Assembly (NCBI GenBank): GCA_964486505.1
Contig: CAZAMC010000002.1
Location: forward strand, 193,656-257,655
Length of the DNA: 64,000 nucleotides
Source of the DNA: an uncultured Gammaproteobacteria bacterium
GTDB lineage: Bacteria > Patescibacteriota > Patescibacteriia > PEXW01
Direction: 5' to 3'
Below, piece by piece: positions 46,021 through 55,686 of the stretch; within the stretch, counting starts at the first letter, position 1; the number at the start of each line of letters is the position of its first letter. A program made the translations under genes and the position numbers. The notes beneath the pieces were generated by a model. The model was not told the origin of the DNA and did no database searches. It saw only the letters and a program-made list of their open reading frames with translations.

Positions 46021-47160
46021 ATGGACGATGCAACACGCACTGGTCGTAATCTTGATCTTCCGCGGGTAGTTTCTTACACTGCAGAAGAAGCTCTGACTAA
46101 TGGATCTATGCCAAACGGTAACCTCATTCAGTTTCTTCTCGATCGGAACTCTCAGCAGAGTGCCGAGTTCTGCAGCCCAGACAACACGCTCTGGCGCCAC
46201 CAGTACCGGGAGCGACACCCTACGGAAATCGCCGCCCTCAAGTGCATGGATGGCCGGCTCAACCTTTCGGTTATCACCAAGACGCCGCCGGGCATTATTC
46301 AGCCGTACCGCAATATTGGGGGAATGTTCGACTTCGGCTGGCCGTACTTCGGTGAGCTGATCAACGACTGGGTAGACTACGCCGTGAGTCAGGGCCGGGA
46401 TTGCCTGTTGCTCATCACCGATCACTTTTCGAAAGGTGATAAGCACCGAGGCTGTCGGGGGTTCCGCTACGACGATAGTGCTTCGCGCGAGCATACGCTC
46501 AAGCTCAAGCGAGAGGCCGAGCGCATTTACGGCGCTCGTCACGTGGTGGTGTACCCCGTGCAGGTCACGATTGAAACCGATGAGGATGCGTTAATCATCC
46601 GTAATGGTGATGACGAACTCAACCTCGCCGTGAGTAGCAAGCTCACAACCGATGATCTGCGGCAGAAGATCCGTGAACTTTTCCCGGACATGAAGCCCGA
46701 GATGGTCGAGGATTTCCTGCCGTTACTCGAGGGGAATATTCGCCATATTCAGGAGGTGCGTGCCATGAACCGGCCACTCGTTGATACGGAGCACCGCGAA
46801 CGCATTCTGGTGATTGGTCGGGGTGTAGACTGGCTGCACATTCCGAATGTTGCACTCATCATTGGTCCGTACAGCTTTAACCTCGGTGGGCCAATTGCCA
46901 CGGCGGGGAAGATTCTGCTCGACAACCTGGAGAGCGGCAGGATACCCAAAGATGGCGGGGTGCTCATCATGGCTTCGGCGGCGTGTCGGAACATGAACGG
47001 ACACCATCGAGCGCAGGCGGAGCGCAAGGCGCAGTCCATGCTGGATTTTTCCTTGCAGACCATCGCCGCGGACGTTCCGCAACTTACGCCGCATATCCAG
47101 CACATCGCTGGGATTACCGACCTCAACACCCGTCGGTTCATCCCCATCGAACTCACGTAG
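46021..47160 (+). CDS. hypothetical protein (Cys/His motifs CMDGR ... HRGCRG)
   Basis: 379-aa soluble ORF. Motifs faintly reminiscent of beta-class carbonic anhydrase metal ligands but with atypical spacing. Confidence 0.4.
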   Translation: MDDATRTGRNLDLPRVVSYTAEEALTNGSMPNGNLIQFLLDRNSQQSAEFCSPDNTLWRHQYRERHPTEIAALKCMDGRLNLSVITKTPPGIIQPYRNIGGMFDFGWPYFGELINDWVDYAVSQGRDCLLLITDHFSKGDKHRGCRGFRYDDSASREHTLKLKREAERIYGARHVVVYPVQVTIETDEDALIIRNGDDELNLAVSSKLTTDDLRQKIRELFPDMKPEMVEDFLPLLEGNIRHIQEVRAMNRPLVDTEHRERILVIGRGVDWLHIPNVALIIGPYSFNLGGPIATAGKILLDNLESGRIPKDGGVLIMASAACRNMNGHHRAQAERKAQSMLDFSLQTIAADVPQLTPHIQHIAGITDLNTRRFIPIELT

Positions 47161-47168
47161 CACTTTCC

Positions 47169-47198
47169 GCACCCGATTATCCAGTCGGGTGCGTTTTT
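47169..47198 (+). terminator. intrinsic terminator
   Basis: GCACCCGA-TTATCCAG-TCGGGTGC followed by GTTTTT, 9 nt after the stop. Confidence 0.5.
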
Positions 47199-47567
47199 CC
47201 ACACCGGAAGTTTTTGGGTTCACCGGCTGATTCGAAAAAAGTGTGGATAACGTAGGGGAATGGCCCTGGACGATTGTGGTGGAGCTTGTGACTACCGGGC
47301 AAGGGAGTACAATAGAAGCATGGAATCCCAGTTTACTCCCTGCCGACGCAATCCCAACGACTGAATCACTATCCCGCTGTGCCCCAGCGGGATTTTTACA
47401 AAGCTCACGAACAATCAGCTCAACCCTATAGGTAAAAAAGGAGGTTTGCCTTCACGCACGAACACTCACCATACAAGTCCGTCGTTGTCGAAGAAGATGG
47501 GAATGAGGTCATTATCAACGGTATTCGTTGCCGAAAGTTGCGACACCCGACGAAGAGTCGGCTCTAC

Positions 47568-47939
47568 ATGGTCAACGGCATACCGTTTGAGACGTACGAG
47601 GAACAGGTTATTGCCGAACTCCTCGTTGCCATGAAGGTGCCATTCTACCATCACCTGGAGATTTCTTTTTCGGATAAGCCGAACTCCAGCCAGAGTGTAC
47701 TCTGGTGTCCCGACTTCATTTTTAAGCAACCGTTTCGCTGGGTCGGCGATACGTGCAATGGCTCGGTCATCATTGGCATTGAAGCCAAGCGTCGTCACAT
47801 CAAAGGGAAACCTTTGCAGAAATCAAGAGCGTTGTGCACTTTCTACGGGATCCCCATCTTGCTCATGAATGGGGACCACCTGGCGGAATACCAGGAGGCT
47901 GGACGACTGCCGCTGAAACCACTCACTCGCGCCGCGTAA
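47568..47939 (+). CDS. small PD-(D/E)xK-like putative endonuclease-fold protein (DUF559/Vsr-like)
   Basis: CPDFIF ... VIIGIEAKRRH spacing fits the PD-(D/E)xK motif. An alternative TTG start lies at 47538. Confidence 0.3.
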   Translation: MVNGIPFETYEEQVIAELLVAMKVPFYHHLEISFSDKPNSSQSVLWCPDFIFKQPFRWVGDTCNGSVIIGIEAKRRHIKGKPLQKSRALCTFYGIPILLMNGDHLAEYQEAGRLPLKPLTRAA

Positions 47940-47947
47940 TTCTTCGA

Positions 47948-47975
47948 GCCCGCCGCACACCACCGGCGGGCTTTT
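47948..47975 (+). terminator. intrinsic terminator
   Basis: GCCCGCCG-CACACCAC-CGGCGGGC followed by TTTTCTTG. Confidence 0.5.
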
Positions 47976-48271
47976 CTTGCTGCACCGGTGCTGGCACTTC
48001 CGGCGACCCATATTCTTGACGCCGAACGTACACCGTAGTACGCTTGTTTGTAATTGGAATTTATGAACTACCAACTCCACAACTGGCACCAGCAAAAAAC
48101 CGCTTCCATTGCGGTGGACTTTGGCATGCCGCGTTACGATGCGGTCGCGAAGGCTTTGCCTGTGCCTAGTTGGGATGAGGTGATGTAAAGGTCCAACCTT
48201 TCAATCAATCAGCATCTCGGCTAGCCAGAGGCCGAGATTTTTTGGATTGATCATTGAAAGGAGAATAGAAT

Positions 48272-49450
48272 ATGGAACAGAAATTCATAGCGCGGAACCT
48301 GCGGTTGTACGCGTGGTTCCAGCTGCTGCGTGAACCGTTGTTCTGGGGGCCGGTGCTCATCACCTACATCCAGCAGGTGGGGCGCATGAGCTTGTCGCAG
48401 ATCTACGTGATGGAGTCTCTGGTAGTCATCGCCGTCATGCTGCTGCAGATTCCGGGGGGCGCCATCGCTGACCGCCTGGGCCGCAAACGGACGCTGCTCA
48501 TCGGGACCAGCATTTTGGTGCTGGATAGTGTCCTCTTCGGGATGGGGGATGGCCCGGTCTGGATGTGGGCCGCGAACCTGGCGTGGGCGCTAGGCTACTC
48601 CCTTGTGTCCGGTGCTGATACAGCCTTGCTCTACGATACGCTGGTGGTCGCGGGCCGAACGGCTGACTTCAAACGCATCGAAGGCCGAACCATTGCATAT
48701 CGGCTGGTGCTCATGGCCCTCACCTCGTTGAGCGTCGGCTACGTAGCGAACGTCAACCTGCGCTTGCCCGTGCTGCTCGGGATCCCCAGCATGTTGGCGG
48801 TGGTGGGCATTGTGGCTGGAATGGCAGAGCCGCCGCGCACGAAGTCCACGGTGAAGCACTGGGAACTCATGAAACTCTCCGTGCTGTTCGTTGCCAACAA
48901 CCGGAAGGTGAAGTGGATCATTGCCTACGGGGTGCTCCTCACCGTGGTGGGCAAGGTGTGGTTTTTCACCTACAACCCGTACTTCGAGCTGGTGGACTTA
49001 CCGCTCGCGCTGTACGGCTGGGTGTTCTTCGGGCTCAATCTCGTAGCCGCGGTTTTCAGCGGCGGTGCGGCGTGGCTGGCAAAGCGTGTGTCGGCGCGCG
49101 CGAGTATTGTGGGCATGGTGGCAATCACGGGCGTGCCGATTCTGGCCATGGCGGCAATTGTTGCACCGCCTATGGTTGTGCTCGTGCTGTTGCAGAACGT
49201 CGTGCGCGGTTACTTGAAACCGTTCATGGGCCAGTTCTTGCACGACCACCTTGCCTCGGAGAGCCGGGCCACCGTGGCGTCGGTGCAGTCGGCAGCGGAA
49301 GGTTTTGGGCAGGTGGTGTTCCTGGGGATTTTCGGCCTCGTCCTTCAGGTTGCCAGTTTGCCCCTGAGCTTGCTGCTGCTGGGCGTGGCGACGTTGCTCA
49401 TCGGTGGGTACTTGCTCGTGCAGTACCGAACACTGTTTGCGCCGGTGTAA
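48272..49450 (+). CDS. MFS transporter
   Basis: 12-helix topology with the MFS loop motif (GAIADRLGRKRTLLIG). Confidence 0.7.
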   Translation: MEQKFIARNLRLYAWFQLLREPLFWGPVLITYIQQVGRMSLSQIYVMESLVVIAVMLLQIPGGAIADRLGRKRTLLIGTSILVLDSVLFGMGDGPVWMWAANLAWALGYSLVSGADTALLYDTLVVAGRTADFKRIEGRTIAYRLVLMALTSLSVGYVANVNLRLPVLLGIPSMLAVVGIVAGMAEPPRTKSTVKHWELMKLSVLFVANNRKVKWIIAYGVLLTVVGKVWFFTYNPYFELVDLPLALYGWVFFGLNLVAAVFSGGAAWLAKRVSARASIVGMVAITGVPILAMAAIVAPPMVVLVLLQNVVRGYLKPFMGQFLHDHLASESRATVASVQSAAEGFGQVVFLGIFGLVLQVASLPLSLLLLGVATLLIGGYLLVQYRTLFAPV

Positions 49451-49458
49451 CGCCTGCA

Positions 49459-49485
49459 CCAGGGCTGCCCATGTGGCAGCCCTGG
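49459..49485 (+). terminator. intrinsic terminator
   Basis: CCAGGGCTGCC-CATGT-GGCAGCCCTGG hairpin directly after the MFS stop. Confidence 0.5.
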
Positions 49486-49560
49486 TTGCTTGACCCCCGC
49501 ATAGCCCCTTGCTAGAGTGCGCGGAAACCCACATTCCCTGAAACCGTACAAGGAGGTTAC

Positions 49561-50241
49561 ATGCAAGTACGGAAACTGTTCATTTTCATTGGAGTGTTCC
49601 TGGTTGCGCTCGGCAGTTTTGCCGGAGACGCCTTTGGCCAGCGGAATACTGGCCGCCCGGACACCGGACCTTTTGAGTTCATGCTCGGGTGGCAGCGGGC
49701 GGGTGACATAACCCTGGCCCCGCCCTTGCAGCAACCCATGGTGGTGGAGCGGGCCGGAAGCTTCGTTGGCAGCTTTGGCTACCGGCCGCAGGAGTACGTC
49801 ACGTTCTCCCTGGGCTTGGTGAATAGCCCCAACGCGGCGAGCTCGCTTACTGTTGATCGGCCGCGTATGACGGCGGATGAGAATACTTTTTTCATCGGCG
49901 GTTCGCTCGCCACGGGCTTTATGCAGCCACAGCCGAAGAGCCGGCTCTCCATGCGCTTTCGAGGCGGCGGGACGTTTGGCCTGACCTCCAGCGACCTGCA
50001 GCTACAGGCCGTGAGCACTGTTGGCCTGGTGAGCGAGAAGCACTACGCGAGCACCAAAGAACATACGTTGTTCATGGCGCTCGACGCTGGGTTCCGCGAC
50101 CTCTTCGGCCGCGCCACGGGCGTGTTCTTCCTCTCACTCCAGTACAGCCGGCGCTTCGTGAATTTCGATGGCTTGCCCTTGGGCACCGATGCCCAGGTGA
50201 GCCACGACACCTTCCGCATTGGCATTGGCCTGGCACCCTAA
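49561..50241 (+). CDS. secreted hypothetical protein
   Basis: Signal peptide (MQVRKLFIFIGVFLVALGSFAGDAFG). Strong CAAGGAGG RBS and a TTGACC-17-TAGAGT promoter upstream. Alternating-polarity beta-rich sequence. Confidence 0.45.
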   Translation: MQVRKLFIFIGVFLVALGSFAGDAFGQRNTGRPDTGPFEFMLGWQRAGDITLAPPLQQPMVVERAGSFVGSFGYRPQEYVTFSLGLVNSPNAASSLTVDRPRMTADENTFFIGGSLATGFMQPQPKSRLSMRFRGGGTFGLTSSDLQLQAVSTVGLVSEKHYASTKEHTLFMALDAGFRDLFGRATGVFFLSLQYSRRFVNFDGLPLGTDAQVSHDTFRIGIGLAP

Positions 50242-50258
50242 GCTTCTGCACCTTGCAG

Positions 50259-50287
50259 CCCCAGTCTTTTTCAAGACTGGGGTTTTG
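50259..50287 (+). terminator. intrinsic terminator, copy 1 of an identical pair
   Basis: CCCCAGTCTT-TTTC-AAGACTGGGG followed by TTTTG. Confidence 0.55.
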
Positions 50288-50412
50288 CTTTGGGCCTTGA
50301 CATATTTCATGACGCGTGCTAACTTACCCGGTCACCTGAACAATACACAAGTGTGCTCAGACTGCCATGAAGGCAGTAGCACGCGCGTTGAACCTTGAGA
50401 AGGAGTGGAATC

Positions 50413-50706
50413 ATGAGTAACAGTGACTACGCCATCAACCATTGCGGGATCACCGCCCAGATTCAGGACGCCATGAGCACCGACGATTTCCAGGAGAAAG
50501 TCATGGAGCGCGTCGGCGAGAAGCTCACGACTCTGCAGGACGGCCAGGAGATGCCGGTCAGTGAGTATCCCGCTGTGGAGCTGGTGGCCAACGTCATCGC
50601 CAGCAAGGTCGCCGAGAGCGGCGCCCGCCAGGTCACTGCCGACCTGGGCCTCGATCTGGATCGCATGATCCGGCTTGCCGGCTCGGAGCACATCTCCGGG
50701 TGCTAG
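50413..50706 (+). CDS. hypothetical small protein
   Basis: AAGGAG lies 7 nt upstream of ATG 50413. 97 aa, acidic. Confidence 0.35.
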   Translation: MSNSDYAINHCGITAQIQDAMSTDDFQEKVMERVGEKLTTLQDGQEMPVSEYPAVELVANVIASKVAESGARQVTADLGLDLDRMIRLAGSEHISGC

Positions 50707-50776
50707 GCGGCTAACCCATGAACTCCGGGCGGCACGGTACCTCTACCGGCCGCCCAAAATTTTTTCTGGAGGCAAC

Positions 50777-51430
50777 ATGTTCTTCGAAAATCGAGCTCAT
50801 GCGGGGCAGCGCCTCGTGGATGTGCTGCGCGAGCAGAAACGTGATCTTCACGGCTACAGCGTGCTCGGCATTGCTCGCGGGGGTGTGACGGTTGGAGCGG
50901 AAATCGCTTCGGCCTTCGGCCTGCCGCTCCGCGCGTTCTGTGTGGACGACTTCACCGTGCCGGAAGGCCGCCTCCTCGTTACCTCGGTAGGGAGCGGGGC
51001 ACTCATCAGCTTTGATGGTGAGAAGAAGGAGTTCGTCACGCAGTTTGCTTCGGATGTCCGGCACCTTCCGGTTGCCGATGCCGACGTGCACCTCACTGCC
51101 GTCCTGCAGCGCACCGCGATGTTCAACAGCGGCCGACCGCTGCTCACCACGGACCGCATTCTCCTCTGTGACGACGGACTCGTCAGTGGGGAAACCGCGT
51201 TCCTCGGTGCACAAGCGCTGAAGGCCAATGGCGTGCGGAGCATTCTCCTGGCCATCCCCGTGGTGCCCAAGTGGTTCCCGGACGAGCCCAAAGACTTCGA
51301 GTTCGTCACCTGGCGGGTTACGACCATGAAGAAGCCCACGAGCGGCATCTTCTACTACTCGTTCCCCGACGTGCCGGATGCCGATGTCATATCAGCAGTT
51401 CATTCGTGTGCAGGCGTGCTTACTTTGTAA
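50777..51430 (+). CDS. phosphoribosyltransferase-domain protein
   Basis: PRPP-binding-type motif ILLCDDGLVSGET. ATG 50777 preceded by GGAGG. Confidence 0.55.
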   Translation: MFFENRAHAGQRLVDVLREQKRDLHGYSVLGIARGGVTVGAEIASAFGLPLRAFCVDDFTVPEGRLLVTSVGSGALISFDGEKKEFVTQFASDVRHLPVADADVHLTAVLQRTAMFNSGRPLLTTDRILLCDDGLVSGETAFLGAQALKANGVRSILLAIPVVPKWFPDEPKDFEFVTWRVTTMKKPTSGIFYYSFPDVPDADVISAVHSCAGVLTL

Positions 51431-51506
51431 GCGCGCCTGTTTTTATGTCCTTGACGAGCATGTAGGGACGAGTAAGCTGTAGCCAAAATCAACATGGAGG
51501 TTTGCA

Positions 51507-51743
51507 ATGCAATTTACTGCCCACTGGCGAGAGAAAGTCTTTGATACGTTCGGAGATTTCGAGTGCATCAACCCGCAGGAACCCTTGACGCTCGAAGCCG
51601 ATACGCTGGAAGCCGCGAAAGTCGAAGCGGTCTCTCGTACTCAAGCAATGGTGAATGAAAAACGGAACGGGGTGACCAACGGCTACTTCATCCCGCACGT
51701 GCAGTTCCTTCGCGATGCGCAAGGCGTGGACCACGCCTGCTAG
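51507..51743 (+). CDS. hypothetical small protein
   Basis: 78 aa. GGAGG lies 7 nt upstream. Followed by a hairpin CCCCAGC-TCCTGTG-GCTGGGG-TTT. Confidence 0.3.
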   Translation: MQFTAHWREKVFDTFGDFECINPQEPLTLEADTLEAAKVEAVSRTQAMVNEKRNGVTNGYFIPHVQFLRDAQGVDHAC

Positions 51744-51844
51744 CTATGAACCCCAGCTCCTGTGGCTGGGGTTTCTCCTTGACGGTGGCAGAAAGCGAGA
51801 GTAGGGTACGAGGAAATCGCTCACGCAAACCAACAGGAGGCGCA

Positions 51845-52069
51845 ATGTTCCATCGGTGGTTCCTGACACTCGTCATTGCTGTGCTGGTGCTCATTCCAAC
51901 CTGGATCTTCCTGCTCGCTAAGTCCTTACTGAATCCGGAAGGATTTTGGCAGACCTTGGTCACGTACGGGTTGGGCTTCTATTTCCTGGCCGGCATCCAG
52001 TTCATTATGCTCGTTGTCGGTTTCTTCCTCATTGGCATGGTGTGGGCATCTACCCCGCAACGGCGATGA
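51845..52069 (+). CDS. hypothetical small membrane protein
   Basis: AGGAGG RBS. 74 aa with two hydrophobic helices. Confidence 0.3.
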   Translation: MFHRWFLTLVIAVLVLIPTWIFLLAKSLLNPEGFWQTLVTYGLGFYFLAGIQFIMLVVGFFLIGMVWASTPQRR

Positions 52070-52077
52070 GCACTATG

Positions 52078-52104
52078 CCCCAGTCTTTTTCAAGACTGGG
52101 GTTT
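52078..52104 (+). terminator. intrinsic terminator, copy 2 (identical to 50259..50287)
   Basis: Same 24-nt hairpin with identical flanks (GCCCCAGTCTTTTTCAAGACTGGGGTTT). Confidence 0.55.
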
Positions 52105-52172
52105 GACTATGCGCAAAAATTCCAGTACACTGCCCTGCGACGATTGGCAAACGTCCTCTTCGGAAGGGGAGT

Positions 52173-53984
52173 TTGCGCCATTTGCTTTCTCTTATGTCTC
52201 AACACACCGCTACTACACTCCGCATTTACTGGCAGCACGTCAAACGGTACCCCTGGGCAACCGGCACAGCGCTGGCCGCAATGATCCTGGCTTCCATTTC
52301 GGGCGTCGTGCAGCCGCTGTTTTTCAAGAAGTTTTTTGACACGCTCTCACAAGCGGGTGTAGACCGGGCCAGCACCGCCCAGGACTTGCTGCGGACCCTG
52401 CTCTTCATTGGCGCGTTGGAATTCTTTGGGTGGGCCATGTACCGCGTATCAACCTTTACCTCTATCCACGTTCAGGGGAAGGTCATGTATGACCTCAGTA
52501 CGATGTGCTTTGCCAAGCTGCACCGGCACGCCGTGAGTTTCTTCGCCAATAATTTTGTGGGTTCGCTGGTGAAGAAGGTTAAGTGGTTCTCCCGCGCCTT
52601 CGAGAAAGTCTCGGACGATATTTTCTGGCGCATCATTCCCATGATCGTGAGTTTGGTAGCAATCTGCGGCGTGCTGTTCCAGCGTAACGCCACGCTGGGC
52701 TTGGTCATTTTTGGCTGGCTCGTGCTATTCCTGAGTGCCCAGGCCTTCTTCATCCGCTACAAGTTGAAGTACGACTTGGCGCGCTCGGCCGCCGAAACCA
52801 AGTCCACGGCCGTACTCGCCGACACCATTACGAACTACAGCACCATAACGTTGTTCGGCGGCTTCCTGCGGGAAGTGCAGCGCTTCGGCCGGGCCATGGG
52901 TGAACAACGCCGGCTGTTCATGAAGAGTTGGAACATCAGTGGCATCTTCGACGCCATCCAGGGTTTCCTCATGGTGTCGTTAGAAATCGGGGGGTTTGTG
53001 CTGGTCATTCACTTGTGGAAGCAGGGAGTGCTCACGCTCGGCGACTTCGTGCTTTTCCAGTCCTACGTGCTGGTGCTCTTCAACCGCTTGTGGGACTTCG
53101 GCCGGGTGGCACGGGATGTGTATGAGAGCTTAGCGGACGCGGACGAGATGACCGTCATTTTGCAAACGCCCTTGGAAGTTACTGATGCGCGCAATGCCCA
53201 GCCGCTGGTTGTGCGCAAAGGCATGGTGCACTTCGACAAAGTAGATTTCAACTACCAGCAGACGCGGCGCGTGCTGCACCGCTTTAGCCTGGACATTGCC
53301 CCGCGGGAGCACGTGGCGCTCGTGGGCCCTTCGGGAGCGGGCAAATCGACAGTGGTGAAAGTGTTGCTGCGCTTGCACGACCTCTCGGGTGGCCATATTA
53401 AAATAGACGGGCAGGATATTTCCCGCGTCACGCAGGAGAGTGTACGCATGCACATTAGCGTGGTGCCGCAGGATACAGTGCTTTTCCACCGCACGCTTAT
53501 GGAGAACATTCGCTACGGCAAACCGGACGCCACCGATGATGAGGTCATCGAGGCGGCGAAGGCCGCCCACTGCCACGAGTTCATCCAGACGTTTACCGAC
53601 AAGTACGGCACGTACGTCGGGGAGCGCGGGGTGAAGCTCTCGGGTGGGGAGCGCCAGCGCGTGGCCATTGCCCGCGCCATGCTGGCGAATGCGCCCATCC
53701 TCATCCTGGATGAAGCAACGTCCAGCTTGGACTCGGAATCCGAGCAGCTGGTGCAAGCTGCCTTAGCCAAGCTCATGGCGGGTAAGACCGTTTTGGCCAT
53801 TGCGCACCGGCTCTCCACTATCCGCGCCATGGACCGCATTGTGGTCATGGATGCGGGACGCATCATCGAGCAGGGGACGCACGATGAGCTCCTCAAAAAT
53901 CCTGCCAATACGTACAGCAAGCTCTGGAACCTGCAAGTGGCCGGTACCGGGGTGCTGCCAAAGGTAGAAGTTGAAGAGGAATAA
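52173..53984 (+). CDS. ABC exporter, fused TMD-NBD half transporter (MsbA/LmrA-like)
   Basis: Six N-terminal TM helices. C-terminal NBD with Walker A (GPSGAGKST), signature (LSGGERQRVAIARA) and Walker B (ILILDEATSSLD). Confidence 0.8.
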   Translation: MRHLLSLMSQHTATTLRIYWQHVKRYPWATGTALAAMILASISGVVQPLFFKKFFDTLSQAGVDRASTAQDLLRTLLFIGALEFFGWAMYRVSTFTSIHVQGKVMYDLSTMCFAKLHRHAVSFFANNFVGSLVKKVKWFSRAFEKVSDDIFWRIIPMIVSLVAICGVLFQRNATLGLVIFGWLVLFLSAQAFFIRYKLKYDLARSAAETKSTAVLADTITNYSTITLFGGFLREVQRFGRAMGEQRRLFMKSWNISGIFDAIQGFLMVSLEIGGFVLVIHLWKQGVLTLGDFVLFQSYVLVLFNRLWDFGRVARDVYESLADADEMTVILQTPLEVTDARNAQPLVVRKGMVHFDKVDFNYQQTRRVLHRFSLDIAPREHVALVGPSGAGKSTVVKVLLRLHDLSGGHIKIDGQDISRVTQESVRMHISVVPQDTVLFHRTLMENIRYGKPDATDDEVIEAAKAAHCHEFIQTFTDKYGTYVGERGVKLSGGERQRVAIARAMLANAPILILDEATSSLDSESEQLVQAALAKLMAGKTVLAIAHRLSTIRAMDRIVVMDAGRIIEQGTHDELLKNPANTYSKLWNLQVAGTGVLPKVEVEEE

Positions 53985-54029
53985 CCCTCATTCGCACATG
54001 CGGCCCCAGCAGAAACTCGCTGGGGTTGT

Positions 54030-54686
54030 TTGTTTCGCATGAACTCCTATACTACTGGCGTCGTTTTAACAGACTACCTCATGCCTACCTACGATTTTAA
54101 AAAAATACTCAAGCCCTACCTGCAGGCCAAAGTTGGGAAGCCGGAAATTGTGAACATCCCCGCGTTCAAGTTCCTCATCGTCACCGGTACGGGTGACCCA
54201 AGCAAGCCCGGGTTCCAGCAAGCCTGCGGCGCGCTCTACAGCACCCACTACACCGTTAAATTTACACTGAAGAAAAAGCAGGTGGGCCCCGACTACACCC
54301 TGGCGCCCATGGACGGCTTGTGGTGGATGCCGGGCGGGAAGTGGGACAATACGGCGCGGGACAAGTGGCAGTACCAGGTGATGATCATGCAACCCCCGCA
54401 CATCACCGCGGCCATGGTTGCAGACGCCATCAAAACCCTTAAGGCCAAGAAGCCGAACCCCTACCTCTCCAAGGTAAAGCTCGTCACGTTCAAAGAGGGG
54501 AAAGCCGCACAAATCCTGCACGTTGGGCCATATTCCACCGAAGCGAAGTCGCTGGCAATCATGGATGCATTTGTAAAGCAGAGTGGGCTGAAGTACCGCG
54601 GTAAGCACCACGAGATCTACTTCGGCGACCCCCGGAAGACGGCGCCGAGTAAGTTGAAAACAATACTCCGACACCCTGTGAAGTAA
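54030..54686 (+). CDS. GyrI-like small-molecule-binding domain protein
   Basis: Pattern typical of GyrI/effector-binding domains (IPAFKFLIVTGTGD..., ...KLVTFKEGKAAQILHVGPY). Start may be an internal ATG. Confidence 0.5.
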   Translation: MFRMNSYTTGVVLTDYLMPTYDFKKILKPYLQAKVGKPEIVNIPAFKFLIVTGTGDPSKPGFQQACGALYSTHYTVKFTLKKKQVGPDYTLAPMDGLWWMPGGKWDNTARDKWQYQVMIMQPPHITAAMVADAIKTLKAKKPNPYLSKVKLVTFKEGKAAQILHVGPYSTEAKSLAIMDAFVKQSGLKYRGKHHEIYFGDPRKTAPSKLKTILRHPVK

Positions 54687-54691
54687 TTTTT

Positions 54692-55156
54692 ATGACCCAC
54701 CTCATCCTCTTCGATTCGCAGTTTGGCAACACGCAGAAGATTGCCGAAGCCATTGGGAAAGGTATCGCTGGTGACGTACAGGTTCGACCGGTGAAAGATA
54801 CCGGCAATATTGCCTGGAGTGAGCTCAAGTTGTTGGTCGTCGGCTCGCCTACACAAGGCGGCAGGGCCACGCCTATGCTCCAAAAGGTTTTCGATACAAT
54901 TCCAGCGCATGGTCTGCAGGGTGTCCGTGTTGCAGCTTTCGACACCCGCTTTGCCATCGAGAAGCAGAACTTCGCGCTCAAGCTGCTCATGAAGACCATT
55001 GCCTACGCCGCTGAGAAAATTGCCAAGACGCTGGAAGGGAAAGGTGGGACCCTCGTTACCAAGCCCGAAGCGTTCATTGTCACAAGCAAAGAAGGCCCGC
55101 TCGCAGCCGGGGAGTTGGAACGCGCCGAACAATGGGGGAAGCATCTCGTTCAGTAA
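54692..55156 (+). CDS. flavodoxin-like protein
   Basis: LILFDSQFGNTQKIAEAI N-terminal FMN-binding-type motif. Confidence 0.55.
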   Translation: MTHLILFDSQFGNTQKIAEAIGKGIAGDVQVRPVKDTGNIAWSELKLLVVGSPTQGGRATPMLQKVFDTIPAHGLQGVRVAAFDTRFAIEKQNFALKLLMKTIAYAAEKIAKTLEGKGGTLVTKPEAFIVTSKEGPLAAGELERAEQWGKHLVQ

Positions 55157-55165
55157 TATATCGCT

Positions 55166-55675
55166 ATGGAAAAAGAAATTGAGAAGGAAATTGAAAAAGC
55201 TATAGAGGGCCAGGTTGAGAAGAAGGTAGAGGAGAAAGTGAAGAAAGCGTTCAAGCCCAAAGGTCCGGCCGCTCGGCGCGTTGGGTACGTGTTCAGCATC
55301 GCCTTCAATATTCTATTCCTGTGGATTGCAAACAACCTGCTCAACTGGCAGGTACAGTGGGTCACGCGAGAGTGGGATCAGGTGCTCACCTGGGTCAATA
55401 TTTCCGCGGCGCTCAACATTGTGGTGTACGCGGGTTTCCTGTGCTACGACAAGCGGACCTTCTACTACGTGGCACGCATCCCGCTGGACGTCATTGCGAT
55501 CATCGTCTCCATCCAGATGTACCGCGTGTTCCCGTTCGCTTTCGAGCATCTGTGGGGCTGGAGTTGGCTCAATGCGGTCATGCCGTGGCTTATCCTGCTG
55601 GGCATTGCTGGTATTGCTGTAGCCTTCAGCATTCGGACGGCGAAGTTTTGCAAAGGGAAAAATATTTACGATTAA
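55166..55675 (+). CDS. hypothetical membrane protein with EKEIEK-repeat N-terminus
   Basis: Charged repetitive N-terminus (MEKEIEKEIEKAIEGQVEKKVEEKVKK) followed by four hydrophobic helices. Confidence 0.4.
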   Translation: MEKEIEKEIEKAIEGQVEKKVEEKVKKAFKPKGPAARRVGYVFSIAFNILFLWIANNLLNWQVQWVTREWDQVLTWVNISAALNIVVYAGFLCYDKRTFYYVARIPLDVIAIIVSIQMYRVFPFAFEHLWGWSWLNAVMPWLILLGIAGIAVAFSIRTAKFCKGKNIYD

Positions 55676-55686
55676 CCGACACGCCT

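Noticed and set aside
46021-47160. Calling the 379-aa protein a carbonic anhydrase
   Set aside because: The ligand-like motifs have atypical spacing and the size does not fit. Kept as hypothetical.
55321-55686. N-terminal part of ORF 55321..56169
   Set aside because: It overlaps the well-formed membrane ORF 55166..55675 in another frame. The independent start ATG 55687 follows that gene's stop.
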